Source: Bacillota bacterium
GTDB taxonomy: Bacteria > Bacillota > JAAYKD01
Direction: 5' to 3'
Length of the DNA stretch: 31,380 nucleotides
NCBI GenBank assembly: GCA_963666425.2
Contig: CAXXTX010000015.1
Coordinates: 1 to 31,380, forward strand
The position numbers were made by a program, and so were the translations under genes. Positions 1 through 9,006 of this stretch are shown piece after piece. The notes beneath the pieces were generated by a model. It did not search any database and was not told the DNA's origin. It saw only the letters and a program-made list of their open reading frames with translations. The first letter of the stretch is position 1, and each line of letters starts with the position of its first letter.

Positions 1-46
1 TCCGCAGGGTATCTTTCGAGCATGTCTGCAATGAGCTCAATCCTTT

Positions 47-83
47 CATAGATATTTTTCTATGTCATAGAGATTTTTCTATA
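47..83. promoter_or_regulatory. Two tandem palindromic operator-like sites (CATAGA-N6-TCTATR)
   Basis: CATAGAtattttTCTATG at 47-64 and CATAGAgattttTCTATA at 66-83, 19 bp apart. They lie just upstream of a minus-strand RBS-like GAAAGGA (~41-47), probably for a gene running off the left edge. Confidence 0.4.
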
Positions 84-149
84 TTCAGTATAAGCAACAT
101 ATCTATGATTGTCAATCTATCGAAAAATGAATTTTCAATGAATTACAGC

Positions 150-198
150 AAAAAAAGCAAGCCGGTCTTGAGTGAATCATCCACACTGACCGGCTTGC
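150..198 (-). terminator. Probable intrinsic terminator of the DUF1294 gene
   Basis: Stem GCAAGCCGGTC (157-167) / GACCGGCTTGC (188-198), with an A7 tract at 150-156 (U-tract on the minus strand) just downstream of the stop at 225. Confidence 0.6.
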
Positions 199-224
199 CC
201 TTGTTTTTCTCATGTAAATAGTTG

Positions 225-503
225 CTACCCTCTGAAAAAACGAAGATAGAGATAAGCTGCCGTCTGCAGCAAAGCCAGCAGCGGGATGCCAATGACGAAA
301 TTCCGATGCTGCGTCTTATGGCGGAGCCATCTCATCGCCAGCAAACTGCCAATTGCGCCGCCAAAAAAGGCAGCCAGCCAAAGATTCTTTTCAGGTACGC
401 GCCGTCTCTTACCGCCTGCAATCATTTTATCGTAAAGAAACAGTAAAAAAGCCCATAAATTCAGCAGCAAAAATGCGTAGTTTGCAGTATCAGTCCATTT
501 CAT
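225..503 (-). CDS. DUF1294 family small membrane protein
   Basis: 92-aa hydrophobic ORF with the family pattern YDK..A..GKRRVPEKNL...AFFGGAIG.LLAM..LRHKT. Confidence 0.85.
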   Translation of the reverse strand: MKWTDTANYAFLLLNLWAFLLFLYDKMIAGGKRRRVPEKNLWLAAFFGGAIGSLLAMRWLRHKTQHRNFVIGIPLLALLQTAAYLYLRFFRG

Positions 504-700
504 TTTTCATTACTCCTCAAAAAAAATCTGTTCATCCGGTGGAAATAATCCCTCTCCCCCATCACATCCTATGCTATTCGCTTTATAGAAAGAAAAATCC
601 TACCAGTCGCTGCAAATCAAGAGATTGCTTGCTTCTTTTTCTGAAACTGATGACAAATTTTTTTGATTGTGCTATGATAAGAAAAAAGGAGGAGATCAAA

Positions 701-1630
701 ATGGCACTTGTCTCGACCAGAGAAATGTTCCGCAAAGCGTATGAAGGAAAATATGCGGTTGGTGCATTCAACGTCAACAATATGGAAATCATCCAAGGGA
801 TCGTCGAAGCTGCAAAGCAGGAACGCTCTCCCTTGATTTTACAGGTTTCCGCCGGAGCCAGAAAATACGCAAAGCATATTTATCTGATGAAATTGGTGGA
901 AGCGGCCATGCTCGACAGCGGTTTGGATATTGCCCTGCATCTGGATCATGGTGAGGATTTTGCGATCTGCAAAGCCTGCGTTGATGGTGGTTTCAGTTCT
1001 GTCATGATCGATGGTTCTAAATATGATTTTGAGAAAAACATTGCCGTAACCAAAGAAGTTGTGGATTACGCCCACAGTAAAGGCATTGTGGTGGAAGGCG
1101 AATTGGGTAAATTGGCCGGCATCGAAGATGAGATCAAAGTCAGCGGTAAAGACGCCAGTTTCACCGATCCCGACCAGGCAGTGGAATTTTTGCAAAGAAC
1201 CGGGGTTGACTCCTTAGCTATTTCCATCGGCACCAGCCATGGCGCTTATAAATTTAAAGGCACCCCGAAGCTTGATTTTCAGCGTTTAGAAAAAATTGCG
1301 GCGATGATGCCAGGATATCCGATTGTCCTGCATGGCGCCTCAACCGTGCTGCCGGAATTCGTCGCCATGTGCAATCAATACGGTGGTGATATCCAGGGCG
1401 CTCAAGGAGTACCGGAAGAAATGCTGCGGCAAGCTGCCGGCATGGGTATTTGCAAGATCAACATCGATACCGATCTTCGCCTGGCGATGACTGCTTCTAT
1501 CCGCAGTCATTTCATCAACCATCCCGCCGATTTTGATCCGCGCCAATACTTAACACCGGCCAGAAACGCAATTCAAGCCATGGTAGCGCATAAAATGCGT
1601 GATGTGTTAGGCAGCAGCAATCGAATTTAA
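701..1630 (+). CDS. fba: Class II fructose-1,6-bisphosphate aldolase
   Basis: Motifs YAVGAFNVNN, ALHLDHG, SVMIDGS, VEGELG, GTSHGAYK, VLHGAS, KINIDTD. Start placed at ATG 701 after the RBS AAGGAGGAG; the ORF-track extension from 353 overlaps the DUF1294 gene. Confidence 0.97.
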   Translation: MALVSTREMFRKAYEGKYAVGAFNVNNMEIIQGIVEAAKQERSPLILQVSAGARKYAKHIYLMKLVEAAMLDSGLDIALHLDHGEDFAICKACVDGGFSSVMIDGSKYDFEKNIAVTKEVVDYAHSKGIVVEGELGKLAGIEDEIKVSGKDASFTDPDQAVEFLQRTGVDSLAISIGTSHGAYKFKGTPKLDFQRLEKIAAMMPGYPIVLHGASTVLPEFVAMCNQYGGDIQGAQGVPEEMLRQAAGMGICKINIDTDLRLAMTASIRSHFINHPADFDPRQYLTPARNAIQAMVAHKMRDVLGSSNRI

Positions 1631-1696
1631 CTAAAAGCAATTGTGAAAAGCGTTATTGGTATTTGTAGAGCGATGATCAGGATATTCACATTACCA

Positions 1697-2950
1697 TTGA
1701 AGCGTTAAGTGCAAACCACGCCGAAACGGTAAGTGCAAATCACGCCGAAACGGTAATTCCATATCGTAACGATTCATGTCGAAATAGCAAATATCCACAT
1801 CGGAGCAGTAGTAGGGAACGGTCTTGACCGTTCCCTACATTTTCGCGATAAATTTATCAACACTGCATATCATTATTGCAACGTTGAAATATTAAGTGCA
1901 AACTAAACCGCGATGGAATTCTCACATCGGAATGGTGAATTGTTACGGCGGAACGGTCAAGACCGTTCCCTACATTTTTGCCATAAATTTATCAACACTG
2001 CATTTCATTATTGCAACGTTGAAATATTAAATGCAAACCACGCTGTAATACAATAATCAATCCAACATTATCGCATCATTGAAGTGTTAAGTACAAACCA
2101 CGCCGAAACGGTAATTCCATACCGTAACGATTCACATTGTAATGATTATCATTCATATTGGAACAGTTGTAGGGAACGGTCTTGACCGTTCCGCAACATA
2201 GCGATCAACACTGCATTTCATTATTGCAACGTTGAAGTGTTAAGTGCAAACCACGCTGTAATACAATAATCAATCCAACATTATCGCATCATTGAAGTGT
2301 TAAGTGCAAATCACGCCGAAACGGTAATTCCATATCGTAACGATTCACATTGTAATGATCAACATTCACATTGGAACAGTTGTAGGGAACGGTCTTGACC
2401 GTTCCGCAATATAGCGATCAAGACAACCTAATATTCTTGCAACGTTGAAATATTCAGTGCAAACTAAACCGCGATGGAATTTTCACATTGGAATGGTGAA
2501 TTGTTACGGCGGAACGGTCAAGACCGTTCCCTACATTTTCGCCATAAATTTATCAACACTGCATTTCATTCTTGCAACGTTGAAATATTATATGCAAACC
2601 ACGCTGTAATACAATAATCAATCCAACATTATCGCATCATTGAAGTGTTAAGTACAAACCACGCCGAAACGGTAATTCCATATCGTAACGATTCACATTG
2701 TAATGATCAACATTCACATTGGAACAGTTGTAGGGAACGGTCTTGACCGTTCCGCAACATAGTGATCAACACTGCATTTCATTCTTGCAACGTTGAAGTG
2801 TTAAGTGCAAACTAAACCGCGATGGAATTCTCACATCGGAATGGTGAATTGTTACGGCGGAACGGTCAAGACCGTTCCCTACATTTTCGCGATAAATTTA
2901 TCAACACAGCATATCATTATTGTAACGTTGAAGTTTTATATACAAATCAA
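1697..2950. repeat. REP/REPIN/BIME-like mosaic array with 7 GTAG-hairpin elements in mixed orientation
   Basis: GTAGGGAACGGTCTTGACCGTTCC(GC) at 1811-1838 (perfect palindrome), 1948-1973 (-), 2169-2194 (+), 2382-2407 (+), 2509-2534 (-), 2730-2755 (+), 2857-2882 (-). Conserved linker modules; 348-bp period in the last two units. Confidence 0.9.
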
Positions 2951-2993
2951 ACCGCGATGGTACAAATGCGACCTAATTTGCATCAGCCAAATC

Positions 2994-3030
2994 AAAAGGC
3001 AGTACTTCCACACGAAGTACCGCCTTTTTT
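2994..3030. terminator. Bidirectional intrinsic terminator between convergent fba and deoB
   Basis: AAAAGGCAGTACTTC-cacac-GAAGTACCGCCTTTTTT hairpin with flanking A and T tracts. Confidence 0.75.
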
Positions 3031-3032
3031 AG

Positions 3033-3266
3033 CTATTTTATTGATCGAACGGGAATCAGAGTGCCATGCAGCTATTTTCTAGACTGAACAGGAATCAAGG
3101 TGCGATGCAGCTATTTTCTAAACTGAACAGGAATCAAGGTGCCATGCAGCTGTTTTCTAAACTGAACAGGAATCAAGGTGCCATGCAGCTATTTTCTAAA
3201 CTGAACAGGAATCAAGGTGCGATGCAGCTATTTTCTAGACTGAACAGGAATCAAGGTGCCATGCAG
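3033..3266 (-). repeat. 39-bp tandem repeat x6 made of the last 12 codons plus stop of deoB
   Basis: Units at 3228, 3189, 3150, 3111, 3072 and 3033. The minus strand reads LHGTLIPVQSRK* LHRTLIPVQFRK* LHGTLIPVQFRKQ LHGTLIPVQFRK* LHRTLIPVQSRK* LHGTLIPVRSIK*. Confidence 0.95.
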
Positions 3267-4394
3267 CGGCATTGTACAACCATAACGGTAAGCGATGGTG
3301 GTTCCCAAATCAGCAAAGGAACTCCGGGTCTCGAGGGCTCCCGGCAAGATATTGGGACCGTAAAGCAGCAGCGGCACATATTCCCTGCTGTGATCCGTAC
3401 CGACGCTGGTTGGGTCACAGCCATGATCTGCTGTGATGATCAACCAGTCATCCGCCTGCAGATTTTGCAGCAAACGGGGTAAAAACCGGTCGAATTCTTC
3501 CAGCGCACCGGCATAGCCGCTGGGATTATTGCGGTGACCGTAAAGCGAATCGAACTCCACCAGATTGGTGAAAATCAAACAGTCTTCCCTTTTCTCCAAC
3601 AGCAGCTTTTCGGTTATTTGCATGCCATCCAGATTATCTTTTGTTTTATAGGAAGCGGTGACACCCTCATTACAAAACACGTCGGCAATTTTACCAACCG
3701 CATAAACCGGAATACCGCGTTCCTGCAGCAAGGTCAGCAGATGATTGCCACCCGGATTAATCGGGTAATCGTGCCGCTCGGCCGTGCGAAAATAAGCCCC
3801 CGACGAACCGATAAAAGGTCTGGCGATGATCCGCGCGACCTCATAGCTGCCGCGGCAGAGTTGGCGAGCAATTTCACACCATGCGTAAAGCTGTGCCAAG
3901 GGCACCGTCTCTAGATGAACCGCAATTTGCATCACACTGTCCGCTGAGGTATAGACAATCGGATAACCGGTTTTCTGATGCTCCGGACCCAATTGTTCGA
4001 TAATGTCCGTGCCGGATGCGGCGATATTGCCCAAAGTTTTTCGGCCGATGGCCGCTTCCAGGCGCTCTATCAACTCCACCGGAAAGCCGCCGGGATAAAC
4101 CGCAAAAGGCTGCACCAGCCTTAGGCCTGCCATCTCCCAATGTCCGGTGATGGTATCCTTCCCGGGCGAAACCTCCGCCATTTTACCGTAAGCGGCGCTG
4201 GGTGACGCCACTGTTGCTCCTCCGGCGAGCGGCAAAATATTGCCTAAGCCCAGATCGCGCAGTTGAGGGATCTTTAGCCCCTCCACCGCATCTGCCACAT
4301 GCGCCAGCGTATTGGCGTTTTGATCGCCATAGATGGCTGCATCCGGCAAAGCGCCGCAGCCCACACTATCCAAGACAATGATGATGGTTCTCAT
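3228..4394 (-). CDS. deoB: Phosphopentomutase
   Basis: Motifs IIVLDSVGCG, GKDTITGHWE, YTSADSV, RIIARPF, NLVEFDSLYGHRN, TADHGCDPT, TDHSREYVPLL. Start at ATG 4394 (MRTIII) with an upstream GAAGGGA. Confidence 0.96.
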   Translation of the reverse strand: MRTIIIVLDSVGCGALPDAAIYGDQNANTLAHVADAVEGLKIPQLRDLGLGNILPLAGGATVASPSAAYGKMAEVSPGKDTITGHWEMAGLRLVQPFAVYPGGFPVELIERLEAAIGRKTLGNIAASGTDIIEQLGPEHQKTGYPIVYTSADSVMQIAVHLETVPLAQLYAWCEIARQLCRGSYEVARIIARPFIGSSGAYFRTAERHDYPINPGGNHLLTLLQERGIPVYAVGKIADVFCNEGVTASYKTKDNLDGMQITEKLLLEKREDCLIFTNLVEFDSLYGHRNNPSGYAGALEEFDRFLPRLLQNLQADDWLIITADHGCDPTSVGTDHSREYVPLLLYGPNILPGALETRSSFADLGTTIAYRYGCTMPLHGTLIPVQSRK

Positions 4395-4492
4395 GCAATC
4401 ATCCCTTCGTTCCCTGCTATTTTTCTTTCTCTTATCATACTCCCTGCGCTGCGAATTTTCAAGCCGCTTCTTTAATCTTGGCATTTTTATAG

Positions 4493-4528
4493 AAAAACCC
4501 CACTGCCAAAACAAGCAGTGAGGTTTTT
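4493..4528. terminator. Intrinsic terminator downstream of the oxidoreductase operon
   Basis: AAAAACCcCACTGC-loop-GCAGTGaGGTTTTT hairpin. Confidence 0.65.
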
Positions 4529-4544
4529 ACTTATTTTCTACACG

Positions 4545-4625
4545 ATTTGATCTAGGCAGCGCCAACTTCCAGTTTTTTTGGTTGACCGGAACTTAATTCT
4601 GACGTTGCGGCTACTTTTCATCATA
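4545..4625 (-). repeat. Degenerate duplicate of the 3' end of the oxidoreductase gamma-subunit gene
   Basis: ATTTGATCTAGGCAGCGCCAACTTCCA...TTGACCGGAACTTAATTCTGACGTTGCGGC aligns with ATTTGATATAGGCAGCGCCGGCTTCCA...TTGACCGGAATTAAATTCTGACGCTGCGGC starting at 4655. Confidence 0.8.
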
Positions 4626-4652
4626 GCAGCGAGGTTTTCGTTCCTCTGCAGA

Positions 4653-5189
4653 CTATTTGATATAGGCAGCGCCGGCTTCCAACCCTTTTTGATTGACCGG
4701 AATTAAATTCTGACGCTGCGGCGGCAGTTTATGGCTCATCGCAGTCAGAATAGACTCTTGAGTTACCGCCCCGGTAGCACCTAAGAAGGCTCCCAGCATC
4801 ACCATGTTGGAAACTCTGCCATTACCGATTTGTTCCGCCAGTTCATTGGCTGGGATGCGGTATTGTTTGATATCGCTGCGGGGAGAGACCTGTTCAATTA
4901 AAGAACTGTTGACGAAGAGCATGCCGCCCGGTTTGACCAAGGGAGCGAATTTTTCAAAAGCCTGAATATTCATCACGATTGCAGCACTGGGGTTGAGCAC
5001 AATCGGACTGCCGATTTCTTCATCAGAAATGACGACGGAGCAATTGGCTGTGCCGCCGCGCATTTCCGGTCCATAGGAAGGCAGCCAGGTCACTTGTTTC
5101 TTTTCCTGTAAACCGGCTTCGGTCATCAGCTGACCCATCAGCATCACACCTTGGCCGCCAAATCCGGCAATGATAATTTCATGTGTCAT
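4653..5189 (-). CDS. 2-oxoacid:ferredoxin oxidoreductase gamma subunit
   Basis: Motifs AGFGGQG, PSYGPEMRGGTA, NMVMLGA. Confidence 0.95.
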   Translation of the reverse strand: MTHEIIIAGFGGQGVMLMGQLMTEAGLQEKKQVTWLPSYGPEMRGGTANCSVVISDEEIGSPIVLNPSAAIVMNIQAFEKFAPLVKPGGMLFVNSSLIEQVSPRSDIKQYRIPANELAEQIGNGRVSNMVMLGAFLGATGAVTQESILTAMSHKLPPQRQNLIPVNQKGLEAGAAYIK

Positions 5190-5936
5190 TTACTTTACCT
5201 CCTCTGGAACTTTAAAGTCTTTCAGGGGGTAGTAAGGAATCATATTGTCTTCCAACCATTTTAAGGCTTCAATCGGATTGAGACCCCAATTGGTCGGGCA
5301 GGTGGATAAAACTTCAACCAGCGAGAAGCCAAGGCCCTTTTGCTGGGTTAAGAACGCTTGTTTGATCGCTTTTTTGGCTTTGATCACGTTGGCAGGCGTA
5401 TTGACCGCCACACGGCTGATCATGGCAGAGCTATCCAGGGTGGCAAGCATTTCAGCAACACGGATGGGCTTGCCGGCCAGCTCTTCTTTTCTGCCGTAAG
5501 GAGACGTGGTTGTTTTTTGTCCCAGCAGACTGGTAGGAGCCATTTGGCCGCCGGTCATACCGTAAATGGCATTGTTGACGAAAATCACGGTGATATTTTC
5601 GCCGCGATGTGCCGCCTGCACAATTTCGGCTGTGCCGATGGAAGCCAAATCGCCGTCGCCCTGATAAGAGAAGATCATGCGGTCCGGCAGAGCGCGCTTT
5701 AAACCGGTCGCTACGGCCGGTGCTCTGCCATGGGCAGCCTGCACCATATCACAGTTGAAATAGTTATAAGCAAACACTGCGCAGCCAACCGGAGCAATGC
5801 CAATCGTCTGGCCGGCAATGTCCAATTCGTCCATGACTTCGGCAATCAAACGGTGAATGATGCCATGGGTGCAGCCGGGGCAATAATGTGTCGTGACATC
5901 AACCAAGGCTTTTGGTCTTTGATAAACAATTGCCAT
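5190..5936 (-). CDS. 2-oxoacid:ferredoxin oxidoreductase beta (TPP-binding) subunit
   Basis: Motifs [47 protein letters not shown]. Confidence 0.95.
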   Translation of the reverse strand: MAIVYQRPKALVDVTTHYCPGCTHGIIHRLIAEVMDELDIAGQTIGIAPVGCAVFAYNYFNCDMVQAAHGRAPAVATGLKRALPDRMIFSYQGDGDLASIGTAEIVQAAHRGENITVIFVNNAIYGMTGGQMAPTSLLGQKTTTSPYGRKEELAGKPIRVAEMLATLDSSAMISRVAVNTPANVIKAKKAIKQAFLTQQKGLGFSLVEVLSTCPTNWGLNPIEALKWLEDNMIPYYPLKDFKVPEEVK

Positions 5937-5937
5937 T

Positions 5938-6996
5938 TTATTTTCCTCCTTCGATCAGCTTATAAAGTTCTGCTAAAATCGTATTGGGTTCCGGCGCCAT
6001 ACCGCCCATACGGCCGTAGAAAGCCACCGGCTGCCGGCCGTTGACGGCTAAGCGCACATCTTCGACCATTTGGCCTGCGCTCATCTCTACGGTGAGGAAT
6101 CCTTTGGCATGACCGATCACTTTTTCAAACGCTTCGTCTGGGAAGGGGAATAAGCTGATCGGGCGAATCAGACCAACCGCATGACCTTGTTTTCTGGCCA
6201 TGTTCATCACGTTGCGCATGATACGTGCGGTGGTGCCGTAGCCAACCAGGAAGTATTCGGCATCTTCATTGATGATTTCATAGCGCACTTCATTCTTGGC
6301 AATCAGGGCGAATTTCTCCTGCAGATGCAGGTTGTGTCTTTCGCAGTCTTCCGCTTGAATAAAGAGAGAGTTGATAATATTCGGTTTGCGCTTGCCTTCT
6401 GTGCCTACCACTGCCCAGGGTTTTTCTACCTTATTGCTTACTGTCGGTTCAATCGTGACCGGTTCCATCATTTGGCCGAGCATACCGTCGCCTAAAATCA
6501 TCACCGGATTGCGGTATTTGTCTGCCAGATCAAAGGCCTGCATGGTCAAATTGACCATTTCCTGGATGGAGGCAGGCGCTAAAACCAGCAATTTATAATC
6601 ACCATGGCCGCCGCCTTTGGTTGCCTGGAAATAATCGCCCTGGGAGGGTTGGATACTGCCCAAACCGGGACCGCCGCGCATCATATTCACGATCACGCAG
6701 GGTAATTCAGAGCCAACACAATAAGAGATGCCTTCCTGCTTCAGGCTGATGCCGGGGCTGGAAGAAGAGGTCATGCAGCGCACGCCTGTGCTTGCCGCAC
6801 CATAGACCATATTGATTGCTGCTACTTCGCTTTCGGCTTGCACAAAGGCGCCGCCGATGGTCGGTAATTTTCTCGCCATATATTCTGGAATTTCATTTTG
6901 CGGTGTAATGGGATAACCAAAAAAATAACGGCAACCGGCAACAATGGCAGACTCCGCCAAGGCTTCATTGCCTTTCATTAAAATTCTCTCAGCCAT
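5938..6996 (-). CDS. vorB: 2-oxoacid:ferredoxin oxidoreductase alpha subunit (branched-chain 2-oxoacid, VorB-like)
   Basis: Motifs [50 protein letters not shown]. Start MAERIL at 6996 after AAGGAGG. Confidence 0.9.
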   Translation of the reverse strand: MAERILMKGNEALAESAIVAGCRYFFGYPITPQNEIPEYMARKLPTIGGAFVQAESEVAAINMVYGAASTGVRCMTSSSSPGISLKQEGISYCVGSELPCVIVNMMRGGPGLGSIQPSQGDYFQATKGGGHGDYKLLVLAPASIQEMVNLTMQAFDLADKYRNPVMILGDGMLGQMMEPVTIEPTVSNKVEKPWAVVGTEGKRKPNIINSLFIQAEDCERHNLHLQEKFALIAKNEVRYEIINEDAEYFLVGYGTTARIMRNVMNMARKQGHAVGLIRPISLFPFPDEAFEKVIGHAKGFLTVEMSAGQMVEDVRLAVNGRQPVAFYGRMGGMAPEPNTILAELYKLIEGGK

Positions 6997-7022
6997 TTGG
7001 TTTCCTCCTTCTTTTCTCTTTT

Positions 7023-7229
7023 CTATTTTTCTACTTGTATCGCACAATCCGGACACATTCTGGCGCACATCGCACAGGCGATGCATTGCTCCGGATCACT
7101 GACTGTGACGGGATAATATCCCTTGATATTCATTTGTTTACCCATGACCAGGATCTTTTTTGGGCAGGCAGTGGTACAAAGACCACACCCTTTACAACGG
7201 TCTTCAAAAATCGTCACCTTGTTAGCCAT
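7023..7229 (-). CDS. 2x[4Fe-4S] ferredoxin (oxidoreductase delta subunit)
   Basis: CKGCGLCTTACP and CIACAMCARMCP motifs; RBS GAGGAGG. Confidence 0.95.
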   Translation of the reverse strand: MANKVTIFEDRCKGCGLCTTACPKKILVMGKQMNIKGYYPVTVSDPEQCIACAMCARMCPDCAIQVEK

Positions 7230-7256
7230 AATTCCTCCTCCTACTCTCTCTGCTTC

Positions 7257-7931
7257 TTATATTCGTTCCCACGGCGGGAGCATTTGTCGATCCACTAAAA
7301 ATAGCGGTTCGGCAATATGTGGCGCCACCACGTCACCAAAAGCACGATCCACCGCCGCAAAGGCAATGGGTAAACCGCAGCGCTCTGCTACCTGCTGCAC
7401 AATTTTGTAACCTTCCAAGATAACCTCAGCCGTTGTTTCCATACTCAAATTCGTATTGGCAACAATGGCCGTGATGGGGATACGCGAACGCCATTCGATG
7501 CGTTCCTTCATATTGATGATCTCCTCCACCGTTTGCGAAAAAGGCCGGCGTGTATTGACCACAAACAAGATCTCATGATCCGTGGCGCGGAACTGGTCGC
7601 GGTACTGCCCCAAGGCAGTTGCTCCTGCGTCGTCGCCGCCCACATCCATAATCACCTTTAATTTTTCGTTTTGAAAAACCGTGTAGATCACCGGTGAAAT
7701 GGCAGGCAGATCCGCATCGGCCATTTCTCCTTGCGGCAGAATCACCCGAATATCACGGCTGATCAATTTAGCGCGGAACTCTCTTGCCCGAAAATAAGGC
7801 TTGACAATGTCCAAATCAACGATGGCAATTTGGTCATAAGCCGGAGCGATTTGCTGCACGGCATTCAAAGCCAATTCCGTTTTGCCGCTGCCATAGGGTC
7901 CCACAAAAACGGTGACACGATGATCAAACAT
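7257..7931 (-). CDS. P-loop ATPase (MinD/ParA/CobQ-like), function unknown
   Basis: Walker A GPYGSGKTE; VDLDIVKPYFR and MDVGGDDAGA; overlaps the buk stop. Confidence 0.85.
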   Translation of the reverse strand: MFDHRVTVFVGPYGSGKTELALNAVQQIAPAYDQIAIVDLDIVKPYFRAREFRAKLISRDIRVILPQGEMADADLPAISPVIYTVFQNEKLKVIMDVGGDDAGATALGQYRDQFRATDHEILFVVNTRRPFSQTVEEIINMKERIEWRSRIPITAIVANTNLSMETTAEVILEGYKIVQQVAERCGLPIAFAAVDRAFGDVVAPHIAEPLFLVDRQMLPPWERI

Positions 7932-8997
7932 AGATCTTCACCTCATCTTGTCCCTGTAAAACGCGCAAAGCGCCTTCCGCCAACGCTAGCAATTCATCTT
8001 CACCAGGATAAATCTTCACCGGTGCCAGAAAACGGACCTTATTCTGGATGTAATCCGTCAGGATTTTACTATAAGCTAAGCCACCGGTCAGCAGGATGGC
8101 GTCGATTTTGCCGTCGAGCACAACCGCAGCCGCGCCGATTTCCTTGGCAATCTGATAGGCCATGGCTTCAAACACTTCTTTAGCCTTCGCATCACCGGCG
8201 TTGATACGAGCCATGATCTCGCGTCCGTCGTTGCTGCCCAGATAAGCGATCAAACCGCCCTGGCCAACAAAATGCTTGCGTAGCTGCGCTTCGGTGTATT
8301 TGCCGCTGTAGGCAAGACGAATCACGCCTTCCACCGGCAAAGACCCAGCCCGCTCGGGTGAGAAAGGTCCATCACCATCGAGCGCATTATTGGTATCAAT
8401 GGCTTTGCCATGTGCATGTGCCGTCACAGAAATACCGCCGCCCAGATGGACCACGATAAAATTCGTCTCAGTATAAGCTTTGCCCAGTGATTTTGCCGCC
8501 CGGTAAGCGACTGCTTTTTGATTCAAAGCATGAAAAACACTGCGCCGTGTCAATTCCGGCATGCCGGTATAGCGGGCAATCGGCTGCAGTTCATCCACCA
8601 CAACGGGATCAACAATATAAGCCGGGACACCGGCTTCGGCCGCAAAGGTATCCGCCAGCAGGCCGCCCAGATTGGAAGCATGCTGACCGGCATAACCAAT
8701 GCGCAGATCCTCTTTCATCACCTCGTTGACCAGGTAAGTTCCACCGGCAATCGGCTTCATCATACCACCGCGGCCAACAATCGCCACGAATTGCTGCAAA
8801 TCGAACCCATGTTGCGCGAGACACACCTTGACCGCCTGATAGCGGAATTCGTACTGATCGATAATCAGCGGGTACGGCTGCAGCTGCTCCGCCGTATGAC
8901 GCAGCGTTTCTTCTGCCAGCAGCGTCCGTTCGCGAAAGATACCGATTTTGGTCGAAGTAGAACCGGGATTGATCGCCAGGATTAAGTTTTTTTCCAT
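7924..8997 (-). CDS. buk: Butyrate (branched-chain carboxylate) kinase
   Basis: Motifs INPGSTSTK, VGRGG, HASNLG, VDPVVVDE, FHALNQKA, HLGGGIS, GPFSPERAG, YPGEDE. Confidence 0.95.
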   Translation of the reverse strand: MEKNLILAINPGSTSTKIGIFRERTLLAEETLRHTAEQLQPYPLIIDQYEFRYQAVKVCLAQHGFDLQQFVAIVGRGGMMKPIAGGTYLVNEVMKEDLRIGYAGQHASNLGGLLADTFAAEAGVPAYIVDPVVVDELQPIARYTGMPELTRRSVFHALNQKAVAYRAAKSLGKAYTETNFIVVHLGGGISVTAHAHGKAIDTNNALDGDGPFSPERAGSLPVEGVIRLAYSGKYTEAQLRKHFVGQGGLIAYLGSNDGREIMARINAGDAKAKEVFEAMAYQIAKEIGAAAVVLDGKIDAILLTGGLAYSKILTDYIQNKVRFLAPVKIYPGEDELLALAEGALRVLQGQDEVKIYV

Positions 8998-9006
8998 CAG
9001 GTGCGC

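Noticed and set aside
353-700. 116-aa N-terminal extension of Fba
   Set aside because: Overlaps the opposite-strand DUF1294 gene; a strong RBS and family homology begin at 701.
1811-2882. CRISPR array or integron attC cassettes
   Set aside because: Mixed orientation, repeated linkers, no cassette ORFs, and no integrase or cas gene.
2805-3082. Short ORFs of 75 and 86 aa
   Set aside because: They lie in the repeat array and cross the terminator; equivalent repeat units are not open.
3033-3230. Programmed amber read-through or pyrrolysine in the deoB tail
   Set aside because: The periodic TAGs follow directly from duplicating the stop codon; nothing in the window supports recoding.
3066-3482. 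138-aa repeat protein (MQLFSKLNRNQGA)n
   Set aside because: It is the antisense reading of the 39-bp repeat and of deoB; open only because the unit is a multiple of 3; no RBS.
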